63,962 nucleotides of DNA, filler included, from Octopus bimaculoides (GCF_001194135.2; 4 parts of 3 records of this genome joined end to end with filler, not necessarily neighbours in it), one strand, 5' to 3'. Positions 39,860-52,621 are shown, counted from the first letter of the whole stretch. The notes: generated from the sequence alone by a model not told the origin. Made by a program: numbers and translations.

Positions 39860-40344
39860 GTGTATTCTTTTATTCTTTTACTTGTTTCAGTCATTTGACT
39901 GTGGCCATGCTGGAGCACCGCCTTTAGTCAAACAAATCGACCCCAAGGACTTATTCTTTGTAAGCCTAGTACTTATTCAATCGGTCTCTTTTGCCTAACC
40001 GCTATGTTACAGTGACATAAACACACCGACATCGGTTGTCTAGTGATGGTGGAGGGGACAAATACAAATACACAAACACACACACACAGATATATGTGGA
40101 TCGTTGGCGATTTTTTTCCTCCGTCTTCATTTTATCTTGGACTTTCCTCTGTCTCCTGTTTCTGACGAGAAGCTTTGCTCGAAACGTAAAACTACTTTTC
40201 TTTCTTTCCCTGAGCGTCTGCTAATATTTTGCATGTACCACGTTCTCGCATTATTGTTTTTTCTTGTGTTTTTCCTAGGTGTTTTTTGCGGGGGGGGGGA
40301 GATTAACTATATATATATAGATGTAGGTATGTACATATATGTAT

Positions 40345-40380
<36 letters not shown>

Positions 40381-40535
40381 GATATACTTCTTTCAGTTTC
40401 CGTCTACCAAATTCACTTACAAAACTTTAGTCAGCCCGAGGTTATAGCAGAAGACACAAGGTGCCACGCAGTGGGACTGAACCCGGAACCATGTGGTTGA
40501 GAAGCAAGCTTCTTACCACACAGCCACTCCTGCGT
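39860..40535 (-). mobile_element. SINE family B split in its central microsatellite by a hammerhead-bearing unit
   Basis: Tail 39860-40085, head 40385-40535, inserted unit ~40095-40300. Confidence 0.8.
40158..40192 (+). ncRNA. Minimal type-I hammerhead ribozyme motif (Penelope-type)
   Basis: Stem I GTTT/AAAC; core CTGACGA; stem II GA(A)GC-TTT-GCTC; GAA; palindromic ACGT; predicted cleavage GUA at 40188. Confidence 0.75.
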
Positions 40536-41316
40536 GCTTATGTTTCTTTTTTATTGTTTACTTTCTGTACCCCTAACTAGTAAAGAAGACTCATTTACAA
40601 AGCTTTCCCTCTCTGACTTTAATATTTGTTAATAGGCGTTTTAAGAGATATACAACTCCGGTAACCAGATGTATTTCTTTCGAAACATCTGCTGTTTCAT
40701 CGCAGTTCTTTCACGGAGTCATGTGTGCGTGTGTATTTTCTTTTTCCTTTTTCTTTGGGAGGAATGGAGAACAGCAAGAAATCACCTCGTTCTATGAAAG
40801 AATCTCCACGTTGCCGGTGTCTTCTCATGTCTATGATAATCTAGTTTTCAAATCCTTCGATACAAGTCGCACAAATGTCAAAATCCCCAACTGATTCTTC
40901 GGCAATTTCCGTCCATCCATCCATGCAGAAAGCTGGACACGGTCGCACTGAAATATATACATACACTCATTATCTTTCGTATACCCGTACATACATAAAT
41001 ACATATACATACATCTATTTTTTTGTATGTAGGTATGCAGATTTGCGCGTATATATCAATTTGTGTGAGTGCGCATATACAATATGTATATTTTTTTATG
41101 TATATGCATTTGTGGAAATGTATTTATGTGTGTGTATATATAAATAAAAAAAAGGAAGTCTGTTGTGTGGAATTATTCTGTAGTAATGCCCTTGTAGTGG
41201 CGCCTTATATATATATNNNNNNNNNNNNNNNNNNNNNNNNNNNNNNNNNNNNNNNNNNNNTTAATTAATTAANNNNNNNNNNNNNNNNNNNNNNNNNNNN
41301 NNNNNNNNNNNNNNNN

Positions 41317-41351
<35 letters not shown>

Positions 41352-41643
41352 TGAGAGTTATGAAAGAAAGGAACCCCATTCCTTTAATTTTTCAGCTTTT
41401 TATGTAGGACCTTACAGTAACTTACCCCTTCTTGCCAATCTTAACCTTCTGGATCTTAACGTGTCACTTGATCCAAAAACTACACTTCTGTCACTGTACA
41501 CACGCGCGAGCACATGTACACTCGCATGCATCTACATTAATGCATATTAAAATGTTTGTTATTTGATAAATCTATCTTAAGCTGGGAAAGCTAACACGTT
41601 AATTTTTTATGTCTCTCTATATATCACTCTCTGTTATCTAGCA

Positions 41644-41911
41644 CAAGGGTTTTCAAACTTTTTGACTTGCGGACCCCTTTATATTTCAGGCTTTACCTTA
41701 TAAACGCTTATGAAATTTATACATAAATGTTTGCTTAAAATAATATATTTTTACATTTATTTATTTAACAGTATTTAACAAATAGGTTTATTGTCAATTA
41801 AAAGATTTCGATTAAAAAACATATATAAAATCAAATTGCCCATAAAAAGTATTTGCTGTCTTGTCCTTGCGGACCCCCTGTGGTCCGCGGACCACAGTTT
41901 GAAAACCCCTG
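41644..41911. mobile_element. hAT MITE, 268 bp, with perfect 8-bp TSD
   Basis: TSD atctagca at 41636-43 and 41912-19; 15-bp TIR caagggttttcaaac / gtttgaaaacccctg (1 mismatch). Confidence 0.93.
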
Positions 41912-42196
41912 ATCTAGCAGACAACCCACTGCCTGTCACCTTCTGTAAAAACAATCATGGAACAATGTTTAAAGATTTTTTCAAACTTACCTTCAGCTGA
42001 ACTTTCCTTCGTAAACGAACATACATCCAACGAAACAAACGTGGTAAATATTATGAAGATAGAAAACTTTCTGTAGGTTGTCATCTGTAAGTTCGTTGAC
42101 AGCCGTTGTCAACAGCAAAACTATATTTAAACTACTTACTAGCAGTAGTTATGCCTATTTTTTCTCCCACTACTAATAATTGCTGTCTGTGTCGTC

Positions 42197-42231
<35 letters not shown>

Positions 42232-42399
42232 TATAAAAACTTGTTCTCGCCTCTACCGCTCCCTGCGACTAAATTATTGCAATTATTTCCTTCGTCCAAT
42301 GCTTTAAAAAGTTGAATGCAAGGATGGGAGAATGTAAATGTCCTTCACGAAAGATGAAGTCCGGATAAAAAATTTTTTTTTTCCCATTTTCTTTTTATT

Positions 42400-43215
42400 T
42401 GTTTCTTCTTCCTCTTTTTCTCCTTCTTATTCTCCTTCTTCTTCTTCTTCTTCTTCTTCTCTTTTTCTTCTTCTTCTTCTTCTCTTTTCCACCTCCTCCT
42501 TTTCCTTCTCCTGCTTCTTCTTCTTCTTCTTTTCCTTCTTCTTCTTCTCTTTCCCACCTCCTCCTTTTCCTTCTCCTGCTTCTTCTCCTGCTTTTTCTTC
42601 TTCTTCTTCTCTTCTTCTCTTTCCCACCTCCTCTTTTTCCTTCTCCTCCTGCTTCTTCTTCTTCTTCTCCTTCTTCTTCTTCTTCCTTCTTCTCCTTCTT
42701 CTCTTTTCCTTCTTCTTCTTCTTCTTCTTCTCTTTCCCACCTCCTCCTTTTCCTTCTTCTCCTGCTTCTTCTTCTCCTGCTTCTTCTTCTCCTGCTTCTT
42801 CTTCTCCTGCTTCTTCTTCTCCTGCTTCTTCTTCTCCTGCTTCTTCTTCTCCTGCTTCTTCTTCTCCTGCTTCTTCTCCTCCTGCTTCTTCTCCTTCTCC
42901 TTCTTCTTTCTCTTCTTCTTTTTCTTCTTCTTCTCTTTTCCAACCTCCTCCTTTTCCTTCTCCTGCTTCTTCTTCTTCCTTCTTCTTCCTTTTCTTCTTC
43001 TCTTTTCCTTCTTCTTCTTCTCTTTCCCACCTCCTCCTTTTCCTTCTCCTCCTGCTTCTTCTTCTTCTTTCTTCTTCTTCTTCTTCTTCTCTTCCTTCTT
43101 CTTCTTCTTCTCTTTCCCACCTCCTCCTTTCCCTTCTCCTCCTCCTGCTTCTTCTTCTTCTTCTCTTTCCCACCTCCTCCTTTCCCTTCTCCTCCTCCTG
43201 CTTCTTCTTCTTCAC
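42400..43215. repeat. Polypyrimidine (CTT)n-derived higher-order minisatellite
   Basis: Recurring tctttcccacctcctccttttccttct unit and an inner 15-mer cttcttctcctgctt array; almost no A, few G. Confidence 0.92.
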
Positions 43216-43754
43216 TACGCTCTCTATTACTGCTGATGTGTTTTTGTGAATGTTGGTACTGTGGTTGCTGTTGTTAAGGTTATTGTTGCTGTTGTTGTAA
43301 ATGCTATTGTTTATTAAAATGACCTCCCCCACCTACATTTCCGTTTATTTAAACAATCTGAAACTTTGATGATAANNNNNNNNNNNNNNNNNNNNNNNNN
43401 NNNNNNNNNNNNNNNNNNNNNNNNNNNNNNNNNNNNNNNNNNNNNNNNNNNNNNNNNNNNNNNNNNNNNNNNNNNNNNNNNNNNNNNNNNNNNNNNNNNN
43501 NNNNNNNNNNNNNNNNNNNNNNNNNNNNNNNNNNNNNNNNNNNNNNNNNNNNNNNNNNNNNNNNNNNNNNNNNNNNNNNNNNNNNNNNNNNNNNNNNNNN
43601 NNNNNNNNNNNNNNNNNNNNNNNNNNNNNNNNNNNNNNNNNNNNNNNNNNNNNNNNNNNNNNNNNNNNNNNNNNNNNNNNNNNNNNNNNNNNNNNNNNNN
43701 NNNNNNNNNNNNNNNNNNNNNNNNNNNNNNNNNNNNNNNNNNNNNNNNNNNNNA

Positions 43755-44127
43755 TGGATAGATAGATAGATAGATATGGATAGATAGATAGATAGATAGA
43801 TATGGATAGGTAGATATGGATAGATAGATAGATAGATAGATATAGATAGATATGGATAGATATGGATAAGTAGATAGATAGATATGGATAGATATAGATA
43901 GATATGGATAGATAGATAGATGGATAGATAGGTATGGATAGATAGATAGATGGATATGGATAGATAGATGGGTGGATAGATGGATAGATATATAGTTAAA
44001 TGGGTGGATAGATGGATAGATATATAGTTAAATGGGCGGATAGATGGATAGATATATAGTTAAATGGGCGGATAGATGGATAGATATATATAGTTAAATG
44101 GGCGGATAGATAGATAGATAGATAGAT
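43755..44127. repeat. (GATA)n microsatellite grading into a ~30-bp minisatellite
   Basis: gatagatggatagatatatagttaaatgggcg-type unit repeated ~4 times at 43975-44105. Confidence 0.9.
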
Positions 44128-44892
44128 GAAGAAAAGGGAAAAGATGGGGAAACAGAAGGAGAGAGATACACCCTTTATAATATGATGGGAATCATGGTAA
44201 TTACTTAGCTTAATTAGAAAATTGAGCTGAAACTAATTACATCCACTTCTGAAAGAGGTTATCATTATCATCAACATTTAACGTTTACATGGGTTGGTGG
44301 AGTCTGGCATGCACTATACTACTAGCCACCTTGGTCTTTTCTCATCTCATGTGCATGGGCCCAGGAACAGGAGGTGCAAGCACATCCCCTAAATTGTGTG
44401 TGGTGGGGGTTGTGTGTGCAAAATCAAAATTTTGTACCCGTACTTATTTTTCTCAGGTTTTCTAAAAAAAAAAAAACGGTGCATAAAAAGTAATCTGTAG
44501 AAAGTAGATTGAAGTTAGGTCTCTTCTCAAAGAACAAAGAACAAAAATAAATTTGGAAAGAACAATGAAACTTTTGTATCTTTATATTTTGGGATGGTCT
44601 TTTTATTATTTTTTTTTTTGTCAAATAAACATACGCACTACATATTTGTTTTTCACTTGTTTATTATTGAGCTTATTTTATGTCCATTTCGTGGAAATCT
44701 TTTGTCCACCTAATGGACTAAACAGAACAGGAGGAGATATAGAGGACGAAGAGTTACTGAAGAGGTCGCAAGTGTGTGATGAAAGATTTCTGGACAATGG
44801 ACACGAGTTAAAATAAGAACAGTGATAAACAAGTGAAGAACGAATATACATGCATTTAACTGGCAAAAAAATGAATAAATAAATAAATGACC

Positions 44893-45295
44893 ATGAGTGG
44901 CTATGTGGTAAGTAGCTTGCTTCCCAACCACATGGTTCTGGGTTCAGTCCTACTGCATGGCACCTTGGGCAAGTCTCTTCTACTATAGCCTTGGGCTGAC
45001 CAAAGCCTTGTGAATGGATTTGGTAGATAGAAGCTGAAAGAAGCCTGTCATATATGTATGTATGTATGTATGTATGTGTATATGTTTGTGTGTCTGTGTT
45101 TGTCTGCCCACCATCGCTTGACAACCGATGCTGGTGTGTTTGCGTCCCCATCACCTAGTGGTTCAGCAAAAGGGACTGATAGAATAAGTACTAGGCTTAC
45201 AAAGAATAAGTCGTGGGGGTCGATTTGCTCAACTAAAAGCGGTGCTCCAGCATGGCCGCAGTCAAATGACTGAAACCAGTAAAAGAACAAAAGAA
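44893..45295 (+). mobile_element. SINE family B (CORE-like motif caccttgggcaag), full length
   Basis: tRNA-like head gtggctatgtggta...gggttcagtcc, central (TATG)n, tail ...ggtgctccagcatggccgcagtcaaatgactgaaac. Confidence 0.9.
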
Positions 45296-45837
45296 TCCTG
45301 AAATATCTGTTCCAAACACAAGACTTCACATCAGGAATTTTGCTAAACAAATAAGTAAAACCTTGTTTACAAAAAATTTTGGACCTTGGTTTGCACCTCT
45401 TGGCCAAATTTCGTTTCTGGGCCAGTGCTCATGTGTAAGGGCTAGCATTCTGTTATTGGACACCATCCCTTTTTTAACATGTCTTTAGCTCATGCCAACC
45501 ACTTGTGTCCTTGACTAAAAGCACACAACACTTTCTCCTCTATTTTTTGACACATGTGCTGTTTTTCATGATATCTCTCCCACACATTTCTGCTAAAGTC
45601 TCCAATGTCCAGCCATTCTTTCAGCCTCCTTTGCATCCTAACTACCAAGAAGGTTGACATAACACTTCTTCTTGCTGATCAAACTTACTTGATTTCTCTC
45701 CAGCCCTCTTGAGATCTTCTGCTATCATTTACATTATATGTTATGCATTTTGTTAAGGTGCCTGGCTTAGTGGTTAGGGTATCTGGCTCACAATCATAAG
45801 GTCATGAGTTCAATACTTGGCTGTACGTGGTAACCCT

Positions 45838-46056
45838 TACTCTTTTACTTGTTTCAGTCATTTGACTGCGGCCATGCTGGAGCACCGCCTTTAATCGAGT
45901 AAATTGACCCCCACAACTTATTCTTTGTAAGCCTAGTACTTATTCTATCGGTCTCTTTTTGCCGAACCGCTAAGTTACGGGGACGTAAACACACCAGCAG
46001 AGGTTGTCAAGCGATGTTGGGGGGACAAACACAGACACACAAACATATACACACAC

Positions 46057-46107
<51 letters not shown>

Positions 46108-46268
46108 ACAAGTTTCTTTCAGTTTCCGTCTACCAAATCCACTCACAAGGCTTTGGTCGGCCCGAGGCTATAGTAGAAGACACTTGCCCAAGGTGCCATG
46201 CAGTGGGACTGGACCCAGAACCATGTGGTTGGTAAGCAAGCTACTTACCGCACAGCCACTCCTGCACC
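45838..46268 (-). mobile_element. SINE family B, full length
   Basis: Reverse complement of 44893-45295; many CpGs retained. Confidence 0.9.
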
Positions 46269-46334
46269 TCACAGCCACTCCTGCAACACACTTTATTTGA
46301 TGCTGCTCCAGTCTTCACAGCTGACAAAAATGTG

Positions 46335-46510
46335 TAGCACCTGTACTTCGAAAGGGCCAGCTTTGCCACATTCTGTATCACAATGAATCTGCCTGAGAAC
46401 TACATTAAGGTTATGTGTGTCTATGGAGTAGCTCAACTACTTTCACATTAACTTCAGGAGCAGGCTGTTCTGTTGATCGGATTGACTGGAACACTCACAC
46501 GTAACAGCTG
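46335..46510 (+). mobile_element. Old SINE family C tail remnant
   Basis: gagaactacattaagg...gagcaggctgttctgttgatcggattgactggaac. Confidence 0.65.
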
Positions 46511-46947
46511 GAGGTTTTCCTGTTACACATTCTGCATTCAACTCAAGAGAAAATCGTTTTATGATAAGGGAAACGATTTCTTCCTAAACTTAATTTATCT
46601 AGTAATTATGATTATGACTTCCCACACGTATCTTGAGAACTAATTAGGTCTCCAAGGTAATAGAAATTATCAACTGACTTAATAAAGAGCCAGTGAGAGG
46701 GCTTCTTTGGTAGTCATTCAACCTGCTAGAAATATCAACCAAACCTCCAGCAAATAATTCATTACCATTTTAACAAAGATGGATAGCTCAGATAATGGTC
46801 AAAACTGGAACATTTTTTGTTATAAGTCTGTTTAACAAAATTGGGTCCAATTAGCAACTACTACAGTTGACTTAATTACTCTAATTTTGATGCAAGGCCA
46901 GAAATTTTCTCAAGATATGTGTGGGAACTTTTCAGCACCCCCTCATA

Positions 46948-46982
<35 letters not shown>

Positions 46983-48284
46983 GTATAAGCAAAATAGGCA
47001 CAGGCATGGCTGTCTGGTGGAGGAGTTTTACTTTCCAACCCTGTGGTTTCAGGTACAGTGTCACTCCAACCAATGCCTCATGAGTGAATTTGGTAGAACG
47101 GAATTGCAAGAAGCCAGTTGTGTGTGTGTGTGTGTGTGTGCATTTGTGTGCATGTATGCATGCATGTGTCTGTGTGTATGTATGCATGTGTGCACGTGTG
47201 TGTCTTGACACTGATAATTAAATTGTTATACAAGCAGTGATCTTCATTTCCAAACTTCTCAAAACAATGTCCAGCCATGGGAAAATGTTATCTTACTCGA
47301 AAACAGGCGAGGGTGAGCAACAGGGTGGGCATCTAGCAATAGAAAATATGCCTTAACAAAATCCATCTAACTCCTGCAGCATGGAAAGGGAGATATTGAA
47401 ATGATCATGATGTTACAAGGAAAGGTTTTAAATAGTGTTTTAAATTCATTGTCCCTTGTAAACTACAAACTCTTTAATAACAAAAACTTAGTTTCCATTA
47501 TATAAAAGGCAATCTTTATATCCAACTTAATGAGGATGTTCTGTTAGAATGCTGAATTCTGCAGTATTCAGCTTGAAAGGGCCTCACATATGGAAGTGTG
47601 GCGCATAAAAGCACATATTTATATCATTGGCAGGCGAGAATTTTCTGTTATGGGTGCTGGAACTGCCCGATCCTGTGATTTTAACAAACTCTATCTCTTC
47701 AGTGACAGATATCTGCTTGCCACACTCAAGCCAAATCTTGCTGTTGATGATGTATAGAATTACTGGTATTGATGCCACAAATAGCCAGTAGGCTTATTCA
47801 AAACTGATTATTAGTGATAGAAACGGTATTTGGTATGCTAACCAAACATCCACATTAAGTTGGATACAAAGATTGCCTTTTGCTTCAAGTGGTGGGAAAG
47901 GATTTTCAGATGTTGGGCCTTAGAGAAGGGTTGTTAGAGGACCGAGACTTCAGGCAGCTTGATATGAGAAGACACATCAAGCTAAGTGAATACATGTCTC
48001 CTGCATCCCTCTTCTAATCATTTCTAGCATTTCTAGAAACCACTTCTGAGCATTTCTAATCATGCAGGCTCCTGGGTGCTGGTGATGCATAAAAAGCATC
48101 CGTACGAGTGTCACATAAAAGCCTCACCCTCTTCCACCTCGTTGTTGTCGTCTTCGCTGCCACTGTCATCGCCACCGTCATCGCCGCCGCCACCTTCATC
48201 GCCGTCGCTGTCATCTTCATCGCTGCCGCCGTCGTCATCATCATTGTCAACATCATCATCATCGTCATCATCATGCCAGTACTG

Positions 48285-48462
48285 TGGAAACGCATCCGAT
48301 ACACTCAGTAAAGTGGTTGGCATTAGGGAGGGCATCCAACCGTAGAAACTGTCAAACCAGGCAGAGAACCTGGTACAGCTCTCCAGCTTACCAGCACCCA
48401 TCAAATCGTCCAGTCCATGCCAGCATGGAAAACAGATATCAAATTACAATGATGATGACGAC
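48285..48462 (+). mobile_element. RTE-type tail repeat (family D) ending in (GAT)n
   Basis: ggttggcattagggagggcatcc...ccatgccagcatggaaaacag...gatgatg. Confidence 0.65.
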
Positions 48463-48924
48463 TGCTTTTGTCACTAATAATTATATCTTTATATAATCTG
48501 ATTCTTTTGTCTGGTTAAATTATAAATATTGTTCTCTTTGTGAATATAAACTGGCAATAACATAAGCCCGTCCATCACTTTTATAAATTTACTATGGTTA
48601 TGAAGTAATTTATTTGTTTTTTTTTTTTTTTATATTTTTTGTAGTGTCACATGAGCAAGTCATATGATTGTAAAAGCTACCATACAAACGCATCTCTTGT
48701 TGTGTCTTATGGGCATTATCTCATTGTTATTCCAAAACATTGCTGTGAGGTGCAGGTTACTGTGTTGCAGCCTCCTCCTCAACATCATCGTCATTGACAT
48801 CCTCATCATCATGAACATTGCCACCATCATCATCGTCATCATCATCATCACCATCACTATCACTGGTCTTCCTCCTCCTCCTCCTCCTCCTCCTCCTCAT
48901 CGTCATCATCATCATCATGATGTA

Positions 48925-49575
48925 TGTCATGGTTATGTAGCAAGAAGCTTGCTTCCCATCCACATGGTTCTGGGTTCAGTCCCACTGTGTGGCACCTTGG
49001 GCAAATATCTTCTACTATAGCCTCAGGCCGACAAAAGCTTTGTGAGTGGATTTGATAGACAGAAACTGAAAGAAGCCGGCGAGCTGGCAGAAATGTTAAC
49101 ACACCAGGTGAAATACTTAGCGGTATTTCGTCTGTCTTTACGTTCTGAGTTCAAATTCCGCCGAGGTTGACTTTGCTTTCATCCTTTTGGGGTCGATAAA
49201 TTAAGTACCAGTTACGCACTGGAGTCGATGTAATCGACTTAATCCCTTTGTCTGTCCTTGTTTGTCCCCTCTATGTTTAGCCCCTTGTGGGCAATAAAGT
49301 AATAAGAAACTGAAAGAAGCCCATCATTTATATATATGTGTGTGTATGTGTGTGTGTGTGTGTTTGTCACCCTGCCATCACTTGGCATCACTCAACATAA
49401 GCTGGTGTGTTTATGTCCCTGTAACTTATCCGTTCAGCAAAAGAGATCAATAGAATAAGTACTAGGCTTATAAGGAATAAGTCCTGGGGGCCAATTTCTT
49501 CAACTAAAACCCTTTAAAGCAGTGCTCCGCTCCAGCATGGCCGCAGTCAAATAATTGAAACAAATAAATGAATAA
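48925..49575 (+). mobile_element. SINE family B interrupted by a SINE family A insertion
   Basis: Family A at 49078-49304 flanked by 17-bp TSD agaaactgaaagaagcc (49061-77, 49305-21). Confidence 0.9.
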
Positions 49576-50214
49576 AGAATAAACAATAAACAAGCCCCAT
49601 AACTTCGTGTCATTGATTTCCCATAGATATTGGGTTTCATGCATAAGAAATAATTATGATGATCATATCCACTAAATAATTAGGAATAATTATGATGATG
49701 ATGATGATGATGATGTGGATGTGGATTCTGCTGCTGCTGCTCATGATGATGATGATGATGACGACGACGATAATGAGGAAGATGATGACAATAGAGGAGG
49801 CAGAGGGTGGTGGTGGTGGTGGTAGTGCTGGTGCTGGTGGGGCTGGTGCCAGTGGGGCTGGTGCTTTGATGGTGGTGAGGGAGAACGAGGAGGAGGAGGA
49901 GGAGGAGGACAATGATGATGATGTTGAATAAACTGGAGCCATGTGAAGCTAAATACTTTACAGTCTAGGAATCAAATCCATGATTTGTATGACTGCTGCA
50001 AGTCCGACATTCTAACCGGGATAAAGCGAAACAAGGCTGGTGCAGCAAGTGCTGGCAATTAAGTTGAAGTTTGCTTCCCAACCACATGGTTCCAGGTTCA
50101 GTCCCACTGCGTGGCACCTTGGGCAAGTGTCTTCTACTATAACCTTGAGATGACCAAAGCCTTGTGAATAAGAAATTGGTAGACAAAGACTGAAAGAAAC
50201 CTATCATATATATA

Positions 50215-50790
50215 TCATCATCATCATCATCATCATTTAACGTCCATTGTCCATGCTGGCATGGGTGGGACGGTTTGACCGGGGGCTGGTAAGCTGGAAG
50301 GCTGCACCAGACTTCAGTCTGATGTGGCATGGTTTTCTATGGCTGGATGCCCTTCCTAAAGCCTACCACTCTGAGAGTGTAATGGATGCATTTATATACC
50401 ACCAGCACTGGTGCCATTTGCGTGACACCAGTATCTGCCACAACTGCAATTTTGCTAGCTTGATGGGTCTTCTTCTCAAGCACGACAAAATGCCAAAGGT
50501 CTCAGTTGTTGCCTCCATGAGGCTCAGCGCTCGAAAGGAATTCAGCCACTTTGCCTCCATGAGGCCCAACACTTGAAAGGTGCTCTTTACGTGCCACTAA
50601 CATGGGTATCAGTTACATGACACCAGCATTGGCCATGATTACAATTTCACTTGGCTTGACGGGTCTTCTCAAGCACAGAATATCACCAAAGGTCTCGGTC
50701 ACTAGTTATTACCTCTGTGAGGCTCAAAGTTTGAAGATCGTGCTTCACCACTTCATCCCATATCTTCTTGAGCTAGTTTTCCACCACATT
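50215..50790 (-). mobile_element. RTE LINE 3' end with a duplicated terminal segment
   Basis: KKIWDEVVKHDLQTLSLTEVITSDRDLW*YSVLEKTRQAK*; (GAT)n tail; two diverged copies of gggtcttc..tcaagcac..ccaaaggtctc. Confidence 0.75.
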
Positions 50791-51539
50791 TCTTAAAAGT
50801 TGTGGTAGAGGCCTTGGTCTCGGGACCACTCATGTCTAGAAACTGAGGTTGGGGGTAAGCAAGGGCATGCTCCCCATAGAAAATCCAGCTCCAAAAAGGC
50901 CTCATGATAGCAAAGGAGAATGGGCACCAGCCAGCCCAAAGGTTGGGGTGGGCTGCACCTGCCTACCTCGGTTGCTATGGCATTGAGGCAGATCTGGCTA
51001 CCCCTGTTATCGGGGACAAAACCCGGGCTTAAAACACTAGATGATGATGATGTTGATATACATGTGTGTGTGTGTGTGTGTTTGTCCCCCACCAATGCTT
51101 GACAACCAGTGTTGGTGTGTTTACGTATCTGTAACTTAGCAGTTCAGCAAAAGAAACTGACAGAATAAGTACCAGGCTTCAAAGGAGGTAGGTTCATTCA
51201 ACTAAAATCATACTGGGGTCAGTTCACTTGACTAAAATTTTTTTAAGGCGGTGTCCCAGCATGGCCAGGCGTATAATAACTGAAACAAGTAAAAGATAAA
51301 ATTACTTGATTAACTAACAAATTGAATCACACCACCTTAATTCTGAATATAGTAACATCTTTAACTTGATCACCCACAATCTTAAAACTAGCTTGTAGTA
51401 TTTTTAAGTAGGAAAATCCTTGAAGACGATCTTATATAAGAGCAGAAGTTCTGCTGGTCTCTAAAGTGTGACGGGGAATATATTTACAAACACTGTTCTA
51501 CTGAATTAGAGAAATGTAAAGTATTTTAACATTTTTTAC

Positions 51540-51592
51540 CATTTCACTTCCTGTCTTCCAGTAAATCTGACCAACACAACTGTCCTTAAACG
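51540..51592 (-). CDS. Candidate small internal exon, unknown protein
   Basis: Long polypyrimidine tract + TAG acceptor, GTAAAA donor; open as FKDSCVGQIYWKTGSEM. No homology recognised. Confidence 0.3.
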
Positions 51593-52234
51593 CTATGTAG
51601 ATGTGGGAAGTAAAACAAATAAGAAAGAAGGCAAAGTAATCAAGTTCGAAGTTGCTGCCTTCTATTTAGGTTAGAGATCTTGAAACCTGTCCACTCAGGC
51701 CTGTGTCCCAGTTTACTGACAGACGAGAAAAGTTAAAAATAAACACGAGAATGTTCAAGCATGGTATTTTTTTGAGTCTAGTTGTCCCTACCAGTCGTTT
51801 TATGTTTTTATTTTCTATCTTGTCTATTGTGTGAACAAAATAACAGGATACAAAGACAGAAAAAATACAAAGGGTACAAAGTAAAGTAGAAAATGAACAA
51901 TAGAATTGTCGGGGTCTCGGTTTCCATCAGGTCAGTCAGAAGTTCACTGCATTTCTAATGATGGGGGCGACGACAATGTCTCAGTAACTCCAATGTAATA
52001 AATATTCTAACAGGCTTCTTTCAGTTTCTGTCTATGAAATCCACTCAGAAGGCTTTCGTCAGCCTGGGGCTTATTAGTAGAAAACACTTACGCAAGGTGG
52101 CGTGCAATGGGACTGAACCTGGAACCATGTGATTGGAAAGCAAACTTATTAGCACACAGTCACGTTTGCGCCTATATCTACGTATATAAATATATACACA
52201 ACCCCCCACACACTTACACATGTGTATGTCTATG

Positions 52235-52266
<32 letters not shown>

Positions 52267-52291
52267 TATATGCATGCACACACATATATAA

Positions 52292-52334
<43 letters not shown>

Positions 52335-52344
52335 AAGATGAGAA

Positions 52345-52559
52345 TGTGTGTGTGTCTGTGTGAATCCCTAAAACTTGAGAACTCCACAACCAATTTCATT
52401 CAAATTTTACACATGGCTTTCTTAGGGTCCATGCAGTGCTTTAGGCCCCCAAAAATTTTAACTTCTTGCCTAGTGCGAGCCCAGTGCAATATCACATCTC
52501 CACTATTGCAGTATTACATGTCAAAAGTGAAACAATAACATCTCTCCCGTAGAAATGTC

Positions 52560-52560
<1 letters not shown>
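52345..52560 (+). mobile_element. Possible non-autonomous Helitron/Helentron (DINE-1-like) fragment
   Basis: (GT)n/ctgt followed by aactccacaaccaatttcattcaaatttt, like the ccgattt..atgaaattt motif of such elements. Confidence 0.35.

Positions 52561-52621
<61 letters not shown>

Noticed and set aside
42338-43332. Roughly 300-aa ORFs in several frames
   Set aside because: A C/T-only strand cannot form stops, so open frames are expected.
45500-45740. Minus-strand coding-like fragment (MQRRLKEWLDIGDFSRNVWERYHEKQH)
   Set aside because: Stops in all frames and no family motif I can name; possibly an old LINE relic.
46928-46950. Mariner-like TIR fragment (gaacttttcagcaccccctcata)
   Set aside because: A single short end with no partner TIR or transposase sequence nearby.
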